Source: Candidatus Omnitrophota bacterium
GTDB lineage: Bacteria > Omnitrophota > Gorgyraeia > Gygaellales > Profunditerraquicolaceae
Direction: 5' to 3'
NCBI GenBank assembly: GCA_043812095.1
Contig: JBDRMO010000002.1
Span: 1-36,291 of the forward strand
DNA length: 36,291 nucleotides
The position numbers and the translations under genes were made by a program. The stretch's first letter is position 1. Every line of letters begins with the position of its first letter. This document shows positions 19,428 through 30,981 of the stretch, piece by piece. A model generated the notes under the pieces. That model made no database searches. It was not told where the DNA came from and saw only the letters and a program-made list of their open reading frames with translations.

Positions 19428-21523
19428 TGCAGAGAAAAATCGCGTTAGACAAAATTAGGAATATCGGAATTATCGCGCATATAGATGCTGGTAAAACTAC
19501 TACCACCGAGCGTATCCTATATTATACGGGTAAAACCTATAAAATCGGAGAGGTGGATGAAGGTACGGCTACCATGGATTGGATGGCTCAGGAGCAGGAG
19601 AGAGGAATCACTATTACTGCAGCCTGCACTACCTGCAAGTGGAACGATATCACGATAAACGTGATTGATACTCCCGGACACGTGGATTTCACCGTAGAAG
19701 TGGAGAGGTCATTAAAAGTGCTGGATGGCGCAGTGGTAGTTTTCTGTGGAGTGGGAGGTGTCGAGCCACAATCAGAAACAGTATGGAGACAGGCAGACCG
19801 TTATGAGGTGCCGAGATTAGCTTTTGTCAATAAATTAGACCGCACGGGTAACAATTTTTATGATGTCATTGATCAGATGCATAAAAAGTTGGGAGCGAAT
19901 GCGGCAGCGATACAACTACCGTATTTCAAGAATAGTGAATTGTCAGGGATGATTAATTTAATCGAAGATAAGTTATTTCTATATAAAGATGTAACCGGTA
20001 CGCAGCATGAATCTGTAGCAGTGCCCAGCGAATCGCGTAAGGAAGCGGATAAATACCATAACATCATGCTGGAGAAGATTGCAGAGGCAGATGAAGAGAT
20101 CATGGACAAGTATGTCCATGGCAAAACGATCACGGCCGAAGACATCAAAAAAGCTATTCGCAGAACAGTTTTAAAAAATAAATTTGTCCCTGTTTTATGC
20201 GGATCATCTTTAAAAAACAGGGGAACTCAACCTTTGCTTGATGCCATATGTGAATACCTCCCATCACCGCAGGATGTGCCGCCGATGAAGGGGATGAATC
20301 CTGATACTAACGAATATGAAGAGATTCTCGCCTCAGATAAAGCTCCTCTTTGCGCCCTCTGCTTTAAGGTTGCGACTGATCCCTATGTAGGTAAGTTGCA
20401 TTATGTAAGGATGTATTCAGGTGCGCTAAAAGCAGGTGAATATATCTATAATGCTGCGAAAGGAACCAGAGAGCGGATTACTAAGCTAGTGAGAATGCAC
20501 GCCAATCGCCAGGAGATCATAGATCAGCTGAATACCGGCGATATAGCTGCAGCAGTAGGTTTAAAAAATACTAAAACCGGAGATACGCTTTGCCTGGAAT
20601 CAAAACCGTTACTAATCGAATCAATGCATTTTCCGGAACCGGTAATACAACAGGCAATTGAACCGAAAACCAAGCAGGACCAAGAAAAAATGGGCTTTGC
20701 TTTACATAAATTAGCCGAAGAAGATCCGTCTTTCCGCGTAAATTATAATCAGGAGACCGGTGAAACAATTATCTCCGGTATGGGGCAGCTGCACCTAGAT
20801 ATCGTAATCGACCGGATTATGCGAGAGTTTAACGTAGCAGCTCAAGTGGGTTCGCCTCAGGTAGCATATCGAGAAACAGTAACCAAGAAGGTTGTAATTA
20901 CGGGAAAGTTTGTCCAACAATCAGGAGGAAGGGGCCAATACGGCCATGTCGTTCTCCAGATCGAGCCACAGGAGATGCCGGGAGCGGGGATCACCTTTGA
21001 AAATAAAATTAAAAGCGGCGCGATTCCCCGGGAATACATTCCTTCGGTAGAAGACGGAGTGCTGGGTGCCGCAAAGAGTGGCGTATTATCCGGATATCCT
21101 GTAACCGATACAAAAATCACACTAATCGACGGCTCTTTTCATGAAGTTGATTCTTCTGAGATGGCTTTTCAGATGGCAGGCTCGATCGCTTTCAACGATG
21201 GACTGAAAAAAGCAGGTTCGATTTTATTAGAACCAATCATGGATATGGAAATCACTGTTCCTGAGGAATATATGGGCACGGTAATTGGAGATCTTAATTC
21301 ACGGCGAGCTAAAATAATTTCTCTAAACACCCGGGCAAATATTCGCGCAATCAGAACTTATATTCCTCTAGCTGAAATATTTAATTATGCCACGGTACTA
21401 AGGTCTTTAACCCAAGGCCGGGCATCCTATACAATGGAGCCCTCATTTTATACTGAGGTGCCTAAACATATAACAGAAAGAATTACCGCAGGATTTTCGG
21501 CTACAGGTACAAGAAGGGTTTGA
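19427..21523 (+). CDS. fusA: Elongation factor G
   Basis: [32 protein letters not shown]; start taken at the ATG overlapping the rpsG stop (alternative 19421). Confidence 0.98.
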   Translation: MQRKIALDKIRNIGIIAHIDAGKTTTTERILYYTGKTYKIGEVDEGTATMDWMAQEQERGITITAACTTCKWNDITINVIDTPGHVDFTVEVERSLKVLDGAVVVFCGVGGVEPQSETVWRQADRYEVPRLAFVNKLDRTGNNFYDVIDQMHKKLGANAAAIQLPYFKNSELSGMINLIEDKLFLYKDVTGTQHESVAVPSESRKEADKYHNIMLEKIAEADEEIMDKYVHGKTITAEDIKKAIRRTVLKNKFVPVLCGSSLKNRGTQPLLDAICEYLPSPQDVPPMKGMNPDTNEYEEILASDKAPLCALCFKVATDPYVGKLHYVRMYSGALKAGEYIYNAAKGTRERITKLVRMHANRQEIIDQLNTGDIAAAVGLKNTKTGDTLCLESKPLLIESMHFPEPVIQQAIEPKTKQDQEKMGFALHKLAEEDPSFRVNYNQETGETIISGMGQLHLDIVIDRIMREFNVAAQVGSPQVAYRETVTKKVVITGKFVQQSGGRGQYGHVVLQIEPQEMPGAGITFENKIKSGAIPREYIPSVEDGVLGAAKSGVLSGYPVTDTKITLIDGSFHEVDSSEMAFQMAGSIAFNDGLKKAGSILLEPIMDMEITVPEEYMGTVIGDLNSRRAKIISLNTRANIRAIRTYIPLAEIFNYATVLRSLTQGRASYTMEPSFYTEVPKHITERITAGFSATGTRRV

Positions 21524-21545
21524 AAGAACTAGAGGAGGTGTCTAA

Positions 21546-22751
21546 ATGGCTAAAGAAAAATTTGTAAGATCAAAACCACACGTAAACATAGGAACAATCG
21601 GCCACATTGACCATGGCAAAACTCTTTTGACTTCCACGATTACTCACGTGCTTGCAAAATTAGGCAAGGCAACAGCTAAATCATATGCTGATATCGCAAA
21701 GGGTGGAGCAGTAAGAGACGAATCTAAGATTTTGACTATTTCTGTTGCACACGTTGAATACGAAACGGATAAACGCCATTACGCACATATCGATTGCCCC
21801 GGTCATGCAGACTACATCAAGAACATGATTACCGGCGCAGCGCAGATGGACGGCGCAATCCTTGTTGTCTCTGCCGCAGATGGCCCTATGCCTCAAACCA
21901 GAGAGCATATACTTCTGGCAAGGCAGGTTAACGTTCCATCCATGGTAGTATTCCTAAACAAGATCGATGTAGTTCAAGATAAAGAGTTGATTGATCTTGT
22001 TGAAATGGAAGTAAGAGAGTTGCTTACTAAATACGGCTATCCCGGAGATAAGACTCCAATAATAAAAGGAAGTGCCCTGAAAGCAATGGAAGGAAGCTCA
22101 GATCCTAATAGTGAAGCTTGCAAGCCAATATTAGACTTAATGCAGGCAGTAGATGATTTTATTCCTACGCCGACTAGAGAGATGGATAAGCCATTGCTCA
22201 TGGCTGTTGAAGACGTCTTTAGCATCGAAGGCAGAGGGACGGTTGGTACGGGAAGAATCGAACGCGGTAAGGTCAAAGTGGGCGAAGAAGTTGAACTAGT
22301 CGGCCTAAGGCCAGAGGTAAAAAAGACGGTTGTCACCGGAATCGAAATGTTTAGAAAGATTCTTGATGAAGGTCAGGCTGGCGATAACGTTGGATTGCTT
22401 CTAAGAGGCGTTGATAAGGATACTATTGAACGCGGTATGGTTATTGCTGCGCCTAAATCAATCACACCTCATACAAAGTTTAAAGCCAAAATTTATATTT
22501 TGACAAAAGAAGAAGGCGGAAGACATACGCCTTTCTTTAAAGGTTATCGTCCGCAGTTCTATTTTAGAACTACCGATGTGACCGGAAGCGTAACGTTGCC
22601 TGAGGGCGTTGAAATGGTCATGCCGGGGGATAATATTGACCTGGAAGTAGAACTAATTACGCCTATCGCTATGGAAAAAGAATCACGTTTCGCAATTCGC
22701 GAAGGCGGACATACAGTCGGTGCCGGAGTAGTAACAGAAGTTATTGCTTAA
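21546..22751 (+). CDS. tuf: Elongation factor Tu
   Basis: [34 protein letters not shown]; strong SD GGAGGT; atypical switch I. Confidence 0.98.
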   Translation: MAKEKFVRSKPHVNIGTIGHIDHGKTLLTSTITHVLAKLGKATAKSYADIAKGGAVRDESKILTISVAHVEYETDKRHYAHIDCPGHADYIKNMITGAAQMDGAILVVSAADGPMPQTREHILLARQVNVPSMVVFLNKIDVVQDKELIDLVEMEVRELLTKYGYPGDKTPIIKGSALKAMEGSSDPNSEACKPILDLMQAVDDFIPTPTREMDKPLLMAVEDVFSIEGRGTVGTGRIERGKVKVGEEVELVGLRPEVKKTVVTGIEMFRKILDEGQAGDNVGLLLRGVDKDTIERGMVIAAPKSITPHTKFKAKIYILTKEEGGRHTPFFKGYRPQFYFRTTDVTGSVTLPEGVEMVMPGDNIDLEVELITPIAMEKESRFAIREGGHTVGAGVVTEVIA

Positions 22752-22775
22752 AGCGGAGTTTAATAAAAAAATAAA

Positions 22776-23075
22776 ATGCAGAAGATTCGCATAAAATTAA
22801 AAGCTTACGATCATCGTCTCTTAGATCAGGCAGTTGCTGAAATCGTAGATACGGTTAAACGGACAGGTGCAAAATTATCCGGTCCGGTACCGCTGCCTAC
22901 AAAACGCGAGATTTATACCGTGTTACGTTCTCCGGTAATTGATAAAAAATCCCGCGAACAATTTGATCTTTCAACCCATAAACGCCTGATTGATATATTT
23001 GAACCTACAGCCAAAACGATTGATTCATTAAGAAAATTGAATCTACCGGCCGGAGTTTACGTGGAGATAAAGTAG
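22776..23075 (+). CDS. rpsJ: 30S ribosomal protein S10
   Basis: [25 protein letters not shown]. Confidence 0.98.
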   Translation: MQKIRIKLKAYDHRLLDQAVAEIVDTVKRTGAKLSGPVPLPTKREIYTVLRSPVIDKKSREQFDLSTHKRLIDIFEPTAKTIDSLRKLNLPAGVYVEIK

Positions 23076-23076
23076 G

Positions 23077-23712
23077 ATGATTGCTTTGATAGGTAAAAAA
23101 ATAGGGATGACCCAATCCTTTACCGAAAAAGGTGAACTTCTTAGCGTAACCGCTATCGAAGTAGGCCCATGTCCGATACTGGGGATCAAAGATAAAAGTA
23201 TTCAAATAGGCTTTGATCCGGTTAAGGAAAAACGGGTAAAAAAGCCTGTATTAGGTTTTTTTAATAAGATCAAGGTTACTCCTCGCAAAGTGATCAAGGA
23301 GATCATCAGGGATACTGCTAGAGAATATAAAGTCGGAGATGAACTAAAAGTAGACCTGTTTAAATCCGGAGATTTTGTTGATATCACGGGAGTTTCCATC
23401 GGTAAAGGGTTTCAAGGCGGGATGAAGCGCTGGCATTGGCGCGGCGGCCCCAGGAGCCATGGCTCGATGTCTCATAGGCGCGTTGGATCTATCGGTTCAA
23501 GCGCAACGCCCAGCAGAGTTTTAAAAGGACAACATCTACCGGGACATATGGGCCACCAGCAGGTAACCATACAAAATCTACGGATTGTCAATGTAGACGC
23601 TCAAAATAATTTAATCTTGGTTAAGGGTGCTGTCCCGGGACATAAAAACAGCTATCTGGTAGTAAAAACAGCACTAAAGAAGGCTCCAAAAGTAAGCAAG
23701 GAGAAAAAATAA
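23077..23712 (+). CDS. rplC: 50S ribosomal protein L3
   Basis: GKKIGMTQ, GKGFQGGMKRW, KGAVPG. Confidence 0.98.
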   Translation: MIALIGKKIGMTQSFTEKGELLSVTAIEVGPCPILGIKDKSIQIGFDPVKEKRVKKPVLGFFNKIKVTPRKVIKEIIRDTAREYKVGDELKVDLFKSGDFVDITGVSIGKGFQGGMKRWHWRGGPRSHGSMSHRRVGSIGSSATPSRVLKGQHLPGHMGHQQVTIQNLRIVNVDAQNNLILVKGAVPGHKNSYLVVKTALKKAPKVSKEKK

Positions 23713-23716
23713 TTAA

Positions 23717-24379
23717 ATGGAAGCGATTGCCTTACCTATTTATAACAGCGAAGGAAAAGAGATCGAGTCGATAAAGCTCGATAAAGATGTCTTTGACGGC
23801 AAGATCAATTCCGCTGTTTTACATCAGGCTATAGTAGCATACAGGGCTAATCAGAGAATGGGCCTGGCTTGCGTTAAAACCAGAGGAGAAGTTTCAGGCG
23901 GAGGCGTTAAACCCTGGAGACAAAAGGGAACCGGAAGGGCAAGGGTAGGCTCTATACGTTCACCTCTTTGGCGCGGCGGAGGCGTAACTTTCGGTCCGGT
24001 ACCAAGAGATTTCTCTGTTAGATTGCCAAAGCAGATTAAGAAGCTAGCATTGAAGTCGAGTTTGAATGTTAAGCTAAAAGAGAAAAATTTCATTATCCTC
24101 GACAGTTTCAAGCTTGAGAGTCCTAAAACAAAGCAAGCAGCAAAGATATTTTCTCATCGGGTTTTCCAATTATCAAATGGCAAAAGGAAGGGAAAAACGC
24201 TCAAGCTATTGCTTTTAATGGCAAAACCAGATAAGAATATAAAGCTCGCTCTACGTAATATTGATTTTTTAAATTTCGAGTTAGCGCAAGACGTCCATGC
24301 ATACGATGTACTCGCTTCTCATAGGCTAATTATTACTAAAGAGGCCCTGAGCCAGATTACTAAACGATTAAAAAGATGA
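23717..24379 (+). CDS. rplD: 50S ribosomal protein L4
   Basis: KTRGEVSGGG.KPWRQKGTGRAR. Confidence 0.98.
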   Translation: MEAIALPIYNSEGKEIESIKLDKDVFDGKINSAVLHQAIVAYRANQRMGLACVKTRGEVSGGGVKPWRQKGTGRARVGSIRSPLWRGGGVTFGPVPRDFSVRLPKQIKKLALKSSLNVKLKEKNFIILDSFKLESPKTKQAAKIFSHRVFQLSNGKRKGKTLKLLLLMAKPDKNIKLALRNIDFLNFELAQDVHAYDVLASHRLIITKEALSQITKRLKR

Positions 24380-24654
24380 TTAGTAGTTACGATATAATAA
24401 AGTCAATTATTCGCACCGAAAAATCAACCCTTCAGGAACCTGAGGGCAAGTATCTTTTTCTAGTAAATAGCTGCGCGAATAAGTTCCAGATTAAGCACGC
24501 TGTTGAAGAAATATATAAAGTAAAGGTGCGCAATGTGAATACTTTCATTTCCGGGGGTAAACTAAAAAGAGTACGGCATCAGTTAGGCAGGACACCGGAC
24601 TTCAAAAAGGCGATAGTTACATTAAAAAAAGGCGAGAAAATAGAAACTATTTAA
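24376..24654 (+). CDS. rplW: 50S ribosomal protein L23
   Basis: TEKS, ANKFQIKHAVE, KKAIVTL. Confidence 0.96.
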   Translation: MISSYDIIKSIIRTEKSTLQEPEGKYLFLVNSCANKFQIKHAVEEIYKVKVRNVNTFISGGKLKRVRHQLGRTPDFKKAIVTLKKGEKIETI

Positions 24655-24660
24655 AAGAAG

Positions 24661-25494
24661 ATGGGTATAAAAAAATATAAACCAGTAACTGCGGGCAGGC
24701 GATGGATGACAGGCTCTGATTTCTCAGAGCTCACCAAGAAGAAACCCGAGAAATCACTAATTTTACCGCTTAAGAAGAGCGGAGGCAGAAATGTCTACGG
24801 CCGGGTTACAGTTCGTCATCGCGGCGGGGGACACAAGCGCATGTTGCGTATAGTTGATTTTAAGCGGAATTTATACGATATTCCCGCTAAGGTGATTGCT
24901 ATTGAATATGATCCTAATCGTTCGGCCAGGATAGCCCTGCTTGAATATCCGGATAAGATAAAGAGATATATCATCAGTCCTGTCGGTCTAAACGTAGGGG
25001 ATACGATTGTTTCCTCTAACAAGAAAGATGTCGAGGTAAAAACAGGTAACTGTCTTCTCTTAAGATACATTCCTTCGGGCACATTGATTCATAATATAGA
25101 GATAACTAAAGAACGAGGCGCACAGATTGTTCGAGGAGCAGGAACCAGCGCTCAGATTATGGCAAAGGAAGGCGGACTTGCTCACATTAGGCTTCCTTCC
25201 GGAGAGATAAGGTTAGTTAGTCTTGATTGTCATGCAACCATCGGCCAGGTAGGCAATATCGAACATGATGCAATAAGCATAGGTAAAGCCGGGAGGAGCC
25301 GCTGGATGGGAATAAGACCCTCAGTCAGAGGTGTGGCAATGAATCCCGTAGATCACCCTCACGGAGGAGGCGAAGGAAAATCTGGACAGGGAAATCCGCA
25401 TCCTGTAACACCATGGGGTATGCCTACAAAAGGATATAAAACAAGAAAAAAAGTAAAGTATTCCGATAAATTCATCGTTAAAAGAAGGAAATAA
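24661..25494 (+). CDS. rplB: 50S ribosomal protein L2
   Basis: [25 protein letters not shown]. Confidence 0.99.
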   Translation: MGIKKYKPVTAGRRWMTGSDFSELTKKKPEKSLILPLKKSGGRNVYGRVTVRHRGGGHKRMLRIVDFKRNLYDIPAKVIAIEYDPNRSARIALLEYPDKIKRYIISPVGLNVGDTIVSSNKKDVEVKTGNCLLLRYIPSGTLIHNIEITKERGAQIVRGAGTSAQIMAKEGGLAHIRLPSGEIRLVSLDCHATIGQVGNIEHDAISIGKAGRSRWMGIRPSVRGVAMNPVDHPHGGGEGKSGQGNPHPVTPWGMPTKGYKTRKKVKYSDKFIVKRRK

Positions 25495-25499
25495 AAAAA

Positions 25500-25787
25500 A
25501 TGCCACGCTCAGTAAAAAAAGGACCGTTTGTCGATGAGAAGTTATTAAAGAAGGTAGAAAAGTTACGCGGACAAGGGCTGCGCCAGGCGATTAAAACCTG
25601 GTCAAGAAGATCAACGATCATACCGGAATTCGTGGGGCTGACGTTTGCCGTACACGACGGGAAAAAGCATGTGCCGGTATTTGTCACAGAGAATATGGTC
25701 GGTCATAAACTCGGCGAATTTGCCCCTAGCCGCATATTTAGAAAGCATGGAGGCGTAAAAGCCAAGAAATCAGCGGATAAGACATGA
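25500..25787 (+). CDS. rpsS: 30S ribosomal protein S19
   Basis: [25 protein letters not shown]. Confidence 0.98.
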   Translation: MPRSVKKGPFVDEKLLKKVEKLRGQGLRQAIKTWSRRSTIIPEFVGLTFAVHDGKKHVPVFVTENMVGHKLGEFAPSRIFRKHGGVKAKKSADKT

Positions 25788-26116
25788 TAGCCAAAGCAGA
25801 AGGAAAATTCTTAAGGATTACACCGACAAAAGTAAGACAGGTTATGGGGTTGATCCGCAGTCAAGATGCCAAAACAGCCCAGAGTATACTGTTTTCCTGC
25901 AATAAGCGCCCGAAAGAATTGTTAATTAAGATACTGAATTCAGCGATAGCGAACGCAAAAGTAAAAGGCTTCAATATTGATCAATTGTATATATCTAAAA
26001 TAGTCTGCAATCAAGGGCCGAGTTGGAAAAGATTCAAGGCAGTCGCTTTCGGTAAGGCAGCACCGATACTCAAGAAAACATCGCATATAAGAATCGAATT
26101 AGATTTAAAAAGGTAG
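25784..26116 (+). CDS. rplV: 50S ribosomal protein L22
   Basis: PTKVRQV, SAIANA, KTSHI; position in the S10 cluster. Confidence 0.95.
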   Translation: MIAKAEGKFLRITPTKVRQVMGLIRSQDAKTAQSILFSCNKRPKELLIKILNSAIANAKVKGFNIDQLYISKIVCNQGPSWKRFKAVAFGKAAPILKKTSHIRIELDLKR

Positions 26117-26124
26117 GCTAAATT

Positions 26125-26844
26125 ATGGGACAAAAAGTTCATCCGTTTATCTTAAGAGTTGGTTTTATAAAAAACTGGCACAGCCGTTGGTATGCTAAAG
26201 GTGATGATTTCGCTAAATTTATTGAGGAAGATTATAAAATCAGAAAGTTTATCAAGAAGAGATTTAAACAGGCAGCTGTCTCTAAGATTGTGATTGAAAG
26301 GTTGACCGATAGAACCAGGATCCGTATCTCATCAGCTAGGCCGGGAATTATTATTGGCCGAAGAGGAGCGGATATTGAACGTCTGCGCGAAGAATTAGAC
26401 GGTTTAGTTAAAAACGAAATCGCCATAGATATCGATGAAGTAAAAAACCCCGCTCAGGACGGGCAGCTAGTAGCAGAGAATATTGCATTTCAGCTGGAGA
26501 GAAGAGTCGCTTTCAGGCGCGCGGTAAAAAGAGCTATGTCGCAATCGATGAATGCAGGAGTTCAGGGAATCAGGGTTACCTGTTCCGGTAGGTTAAACGG
26601 AGCAGAGATGTCCCGCACCGAAATGTACAAAGAAGGTAAAGTTCCGCTTCAGACTTTTCGCGCGGATATAGATTACGGTTTTGCCGAGGCATTAACAACC
26701 TATGGCCTAATCGGTGTTAAGGTCTGGATTTACAAGGGAGAAATACTTACTAAGAGAGGCTCGGAAATGCCTCAAGCTAATAATCAAGGTAATAAAAAAT
26801 TTCCTGATGGGGCAAGAAAAGAAAGAAAAAGGGTTAATTTTTAA
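26125..26844 (+). CDS. rpsC: 30S ribosomal protein S3
   Basis: MGQKVHP, RPGIIIG, GRLNGAE, GVKVWI. Confidence 0.98.
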   Translation: MGQKVHPFILRVGFIKNWHSRWYAKGDDFAKFIEEDYKIRKFIKKRFKQAAVSKIVIERLTDRTRIRISSARPGIIIGRRGADIERLREELDGLVKNEIAIDIDEVKNPAQDGQLVAENIAFQLERRVAFRRAVKRAMSQSMNAGVQGIRVTCSGRLNGAEMSRTEMYKEGKVPLQTFRADIDYGFAEALTTYGLIGVKVWIYKGEILTKRGSEMPQANNQGNKKFPDGARKERKRVNF

Positions 26845-26858
26845 GGAGACGTATTCCG

Positions 26859-27275
26859 ATGGTAATGATGCCCAGGAGAGTAAAATATCGTAAGCTGCAG
26901 AAAGGAAACAGACGTGGACTTGCGACTACAGGCTGTACTTTAGCCTTCGGTGAGTTCGGTTTAAAGACAATGGAGAACGGGTGGGTTAAGAATTCCCAGA
27001 TCGAAGCAGTACGAGTGGTTCTTGCAAGACAGTTACATAAGGGGGGAAAACTTTGGATCAGGGTCTTCCCGGATAAATCAATCACTAAAAAACCTGCAGA
27101 AGTACGTATGGGCAAGGGGAAAGGCGAGATCGATCATTGGGTAGCGGTAGTAAAAAGAGGCAGGATACTTTTTGAATTAGGAGGTATTCCGGAAGAATAC
27201 GCTAAACAATGTTTCCGTCTAGCTGCTTATAAGATTAGTCAGAGAACAAAATTTGTAACCCGGGTGCACAAATAA
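26859..27275 (+). CDS. rplP: 50S ribosomal protein L16
   Basis: WIRVFPDK, RMGKGKG. Confidence 0.98.
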   Translation: MVMMPRRVKYRKLQKGNRRGLATTGCTLAFGEFGLKTMENGWVKNSQIEAVRVVLARQLHKGGKLWIRVFPDKSITKKPAEVRMGKGKGEIDHWVAVVKRGRILFELGGIPEEYAKQCFRLAAYKISQRTKFVTRVHK

Positions 27276-27276
27276 T

Positions 27277-27483
27277 ATGTCAATAGAAAAATTAAAAAAC
27301 TTATCTAAAGAAGAGCTGCTTGTGAAACAAAGAAGCCTTAAGGAAGAGCTCTTTAAGCTTAACCTGCAGCGATACGGCGGCAGAGTAGAAAAACCGCATA
27401 TGTTTTCGATCATTAAAAAGGATTTAGCGAGAGTTAAGACTTTCTTGCGCGAGCAAGAACTAAAAGAGAAAAAGCAGGGGTAA
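27277..27483 (+). CDS. rpmC: 50S ribosomal protein L29
   Basis: LKEELFKL...[13 protein letters not shown]; position. Confidence 0.93.
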   Translation: MSIEKLKNLSKEELLVKQRSLKEELFKLNLQRYGGRVEKPHMFSIIKKDLARVKTFLREQELKEKKQG

Positions 27484-27484
27484 A

Positions 27485-27766
27485 ATGGGCAGAAAAAAAG
27501 AGTTTACTGGCGTAGTAGTTAGTGACAAGATGCAAAAAACGGTAGTAGTGAGAGTGCTCCAGATCGGAAAGCATCCTAAATATACAAAAACAATAAAGAA
27601 GTATAATAAATTTAAGGTGCATAACGAAAAGGACCTTGCTAAGACTGGAGACACTGTATTAATACAGGAAACCAGGCCACTTTCAAAAGATAAACGATTT
27701 AGGGTAATAAATATCGTAAAAAAGGCCGAGAGCCCTCATCTAACAATAAAGGAAAACACGGAATGA
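27485..27766 (+). CDS. rpsQ: 30S ribosomal protein S17
   Basis: [18 protein letters not shown]. Confidence 0.97.
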   Translation: MGRKKEFTGVVVSDKMQKTVVVRVLQIGKHPKYTKTIKKYNKFKVHNEKDLAKTGDTVLIQETRPLSKDKRFRVINIVKKAESPHLTIKENTE

Positions 27767-28131
27767 TTCAATTACGCAGTATATTAGATGTAGCGGATAA
27801 TACAGGGGCAAAGAGAGCTTCTTTAATCGGAGTTCTGGGGAGAAAAGGGAAAAGTTTTGCCGATGTCGGTGATATCATCAATGTTAACGTTAAAGAATCG
27901 GCGCCGAACGCTGCGATAAAAAAGGGTGAGGTCGCCAAAGCAGTTGTAGTTAGGACTAAAAATGCAATCAAGCGTATAGACGGGTCGGTCCTGAGATTTG
28001 ACCGTAACGCGATCGTATTTATCGATGTGCAACTTAATCCAAAAGGGACGCGCGTATTTGGTCCGGTAGCAAGAGAATTAAGAGAAAAAAAATTTACGAA
28101 GATAATTTCTTTAGCACCTGAGGTGATTTAA
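27763..28131 (+). CDS. rplN: 50S ribosomal protein L14
   Basis: [26 protein letters not shown]. Confidence 0.98.
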   Translation: MIQLRSILDVADNTGAKRASLIGVLGRKGKSFADVGDIINVNVKESAPNAAIKKGEVAKAVVVRTKNAIKRIDGSVLRFDRNAIVFIDVQLNPKGTRVFGPVARELREKKFTKIISLAPEVI

Positions 28132-28442
28132 TGCAAAAAATTAAGCAAGGTGATCTAGTTCAGGTAATCAAAGGCAGGGATACGGGAAAAAAGGGCAAGG
28201 TCTTGGATATCTTACCTGGGGCAAAACTTGCATTGATCGAGGGTATAAATTTTGTAAAAAAACATAAGCGCCAGACTCGTCAGGATCAACAGGGTGGAAT
28301 CGTATCAATAGAAGCACCAATTAGTCTTTCGAATTTAGCGATTTTCTGTAAACAATGTAACGGTTCTACGCGAGTTGGCTTTATGATATTAAAGGACGGG
28401 ACAAAATCGCGGATTTGCCGTTCTTGTAAAGGAAACGTATAA
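28131..28442 (+). CDS. rplX: 50S ribosomal protein L24
   Basis: [27 protein letters not shown]. Confidence 0.97.
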   Translation: MQKIKQGDLVQVIKGRDTGKKGKVLDILPGAKLALIEGINFVKKHKRQTRQDQQGGIVSIEAPISLSNLAIFCKQCNGSTRVGFMILKDGTKSRICRSCKGNV

Positions 28443-28443
28443 A

Positions 28444-28995
28444 ATGACCCCTAGACTGCTAGAAAGATATAGAAAAGAAATAATCCCGGCGATGATGCAG
28501 ACCTTTCAGTTAAAAAACAAAATGAGTGTTCCGCATCTAGAAAAAATTGTGGTTAATATGGGTGTGAGTGAAGCGGTCTCTGACATCAAGATCCTAGAGA
28601 AAGCGGTTGATGAGTTAGGTATAATTACCGGACAGAAACCGATTATTCGCCGCGCAAAAAAGGCAATTTCAAATTTTAAGACAAGAAAAGGTCTTCCTGT
28701 GGGCTGTAAGGTTACTCTTAGGCAAGCGAAGATGTATGAGTTTATGGATAGGCTATTAAATGTCACCTTGCCGCGAATCCGGGACTTTCGAGGAGTTTCA
28801 AACGAGGCCTTTGATGCAGCGGGGAATTATAGTTTAGGACTACAAGAACAGAATATTTTCCCGGAAATTGAATATGACAAGATTAGCCGCCAACAGGGCA
28901 TGGACATTACTTTCGTGATAAAAAACGCTGATTCTAAAGAAAAGGCAAAAGAATTGTTAAAATTATTCGGCATGCCTTTTGAGACAGGACAATAA
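28444..28995 (+). CDS. rplE: 50S ribosomal protein L5
   Basis: [23 protein letters not shown]. Confidence 0.98.
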   Translation: MTPRLLERYRKEIIPAMMQTFQLKNKMSVPHLEKIVVNMGVSEAVSDIKILEKAVDELGIITGQKPIIRRAKKAISNFKTRKGLPVGCKVTLRQAKMYEFMDRLLNVTLPRIRDFRGVSNEAFDAAGNYSLGLQEQNIFPEIEYDKISRQQGMDITFVIKNADSKEKAKELLKLFGMPFETGQ

Positions 28996-28998
28996 GAT

Positions 28999-29184
28999 AT
29001 GGCAAAGACTTCACAGATAGAAAGATGGAAGAGAGCCCCTAAGTTCTCAACCCGAAAGCATAACCGCTGCGCTATCTGCGGTAGATCCGGAGGATTTCTT
29101 AAAAGATTTAAGCTTTGTCGGATTTGCTTCAGAGAATTAGCCTGGCAAGGGATGATTCCGGGAGTAAAAAAAGCAAGTTGGTAG
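28999..29184 (+). CDS. rpsN: 30S ribosomal protein S14, short zinc-binding type
   Basis: 61 aa; RCAICGR...LCRICFRE...PGVKKASW. Confidence 0.97.
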   Translation: MAKTSQIERWKRAPKFSTRKHNRCAICGRSGGFLKRFKLCRICFRELAWQGMIPGVKKASW

Positions 29185-29207
29185 CTGATTTTTAAGGGAG
29201 AGAATAA

Positions 29208-29603
29208 ATGAGTAGAACCGATTTAATCGCAGATGTATTTACTATAATACGCAATGCCGTAATGGTCAAAAAAGATAGCGTTGAGGTTCCCGCTTCCAAT
29301 ACGGTTAAATCTATCTTGGAGATTCTAAAGAAAGAAAATTACATCGAAAACTTTAAGATCATGCAGGATAACAAACAGGGTTTAGCTAAAATCTATTTAA
29401 AATATACCGGTAATAAACCGGCAATCCGAAACATCAAGAGGGTTTCCACGCCCGGATTACGCCGCTATGTCAAGCACGACAAGGTACCGTTAGTCTTAAG
29501 GGGTAAGGGCTTGGCAATCATCTCGACCTCAAAAGGCATTATGACCGACTCCCAGGCTCGTGAATCGGGGTTAGGCGGAGAAGTAATCGGATTTATTTGG
29601 TAA
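29208..29603 (+). CDS. rpsH: 30S ribosomal protein S8
   Basis: DLIADVFTIIRNA, RVSTPGLR, STSKG, GGEV. Confidence 0.97.
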   Translation: MSRTDLIADVFTIIRNAVMVKKDSVEVPASNTVKSILEILKKENYIENFKIMQDNKQGLAKIYLKYTGNKPAIRNIKRVSTPGLRRYVKHDKVPLVLRGKGLAIISTSKGIMTDSQARESGLGGEVIGFIW

Positions 29604-29609
29604 AAAACT

Positions 29610-30155
29610 ATGTCACGTATTGGAAAAAAAGCTATTAATATACCTAAGGATGTAAAGATCGAATCTAAAGACGGCGTGATTCAGGTAAAAGGCCCTAAGG
29701 GGGAACTAAGCCGTTCTTTATCTGACCGGATCAGCATCGAAATAAAGGATAATCAACTTTTTGTAAACCGTGCAAGTGATGCAAAACTGGATAAGGCTCT
29801 GCACGGTTTATTCAGGGCATTAATTAATAACATGATCATCGGGGTCAATCAGGGTTTTGAAAAAGAGCTGGAGATCATCGGCGTTGGATTCAAAGCTCAG
29901 GCTCAAGGCGACAATTTAAATATGCAACTCGGGTTTTCACATCCGGTAAACATGCCTATACCTAAGGGCCTAAAAGTTGAAACACCCAAACATACCCAGA
30001 TTAAGGTAAGCGGGATAGATAAGGAATTAGTAGGCAGAATAGCCAGTGAAATACGTAAAATTTGCCCACCTGAGCCATATAAGGGTAAGGGTATCCGTTT
30101 TGCAGGAGAACGCATAAAGAAAAAAGTCGGCAAAGCACAAGCAACCACTAAATAA
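29610..30155 (+). CDS. rplF: 50S ribosomal protein L6
   Basis: MSRIGK, LGFSHP, PEPYKGKG. Confidence 0.98.
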   Translation: MSRIGKKAINIPKDVKIESKDGVIQVKGPKGELSRSLSDRISIEIKDNQLFVNRASDAKLDKALHGLFRALINNMIIGVNQGFEKELEIIGVGFKAQAQGDNLNMQLGFSHPVNMPIPKGLKVETPKHTQIKVSGIDKELVGRIASEIRKICPPEPYKGKGIRFAGERIKKKVGKAQATTK

Positions 30156-30156
30156 A

Positions 30157-30516
30157 ATGAAAAAAAGCAAAGCACAAAGACTAAAAAGACACCACAGAAT
30201 ACTAAAAAGAATGCAGGGTACCTCTAGTGTTCCCAGACTGATTGTATGCAGGAGCTTAGCTAATCTCTGGGCGCAAGCAATAGATGACGTCGGAAATAAA
30301 ACTATTTTTTCGCTAAGCACCATGGATAAAGAAGTCAGGGGGAAATTTCCTAAGCCAGGTAATGTTAAAGCCGCAGAGTTTTTCGGTGAGATATTTGCTC
30401 GCAGGGCAAAGGAAACAGGAATCAGTAAAATCGTCTTTGACCGGACCGGATATTTATACCACGGTAGAATTAAAGCCTTTGCTGAAGCCTTAAGAAAAGG
30501 GGGGTTGCAATTCTAA
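30157..30516 (+). CDS. rplR: 50S ribosomal protein L18
   Basis: [19 protein letters not shown]. Confidence 0.97.
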   Translation: MKKSKAQRLKRHHRILKRMQGTSSVPRLIVCRSLANLWAQAIDDVGNKTIFSLSTMDKEVRGKFPKPGNVKAAEFFGEIFARRAKETGISKIVFDRTGYLYHGRIKAFAEALRKGGLQF

Positions 30517-30517
30517 T

Positions 30518-30979
30518 ATGGCACGCGAAATAAGGATCGGACAAGAAGATTTCGGAATAATAGAAAAAATAATTGCTATTAACCGCGTTACAAAAGTTAC
30601 AAAAGGCGGAAAGAAGATGCATTTTAGCGTATTAGTAGTTGTAGGAGATACTAAGGGCAATGTCGGCTACGCATTAGAGAAGGCAAATGAAGTAGCCGAA
30701 GCAATCCGTAAATCCTTAACCAAGGCGAAGAAATCAATGGTCAAAATCCCTATGGAGGGAACCAGTATCCCGCATGAGATCATTGGAAAAGCAGGTGCGG
30801 CCAGGGTACTTTTAAAACCGGCATCAGAGGGAACCGGAGTAATCGCCGCCGGCCCGGTAAGAGCAGTCTGTGAATCAGCAGGTATCAAGGACATTTTAAC
30901 TAAGTGTATAAGAACTAACAATCCGATAAACGTAGTCAAGGCGACTATCCAAGGATTAACTAATCTTAAGACTGAATAA
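30518..30979 (+). CDS. rpsE: 30S ribosomal protein S5
   Basis: [25 protein letters not shown]. Confidence 0.97.
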   Translation: MAREIRIGQEDFGIIEKIIAINRVTKVTKGGKKMHFSVLVVVGDTKGNVGYALEKANEVAEAIRKSLTKAKKSMVKIPMEGTSIPHEIIGKAGAARVLLKPASEGTGVIAAGPVRAVCESAGIKDILTKCIRTNNPINVVKATIQGLTNLKTE

Positions 30980-30981
30980 AA

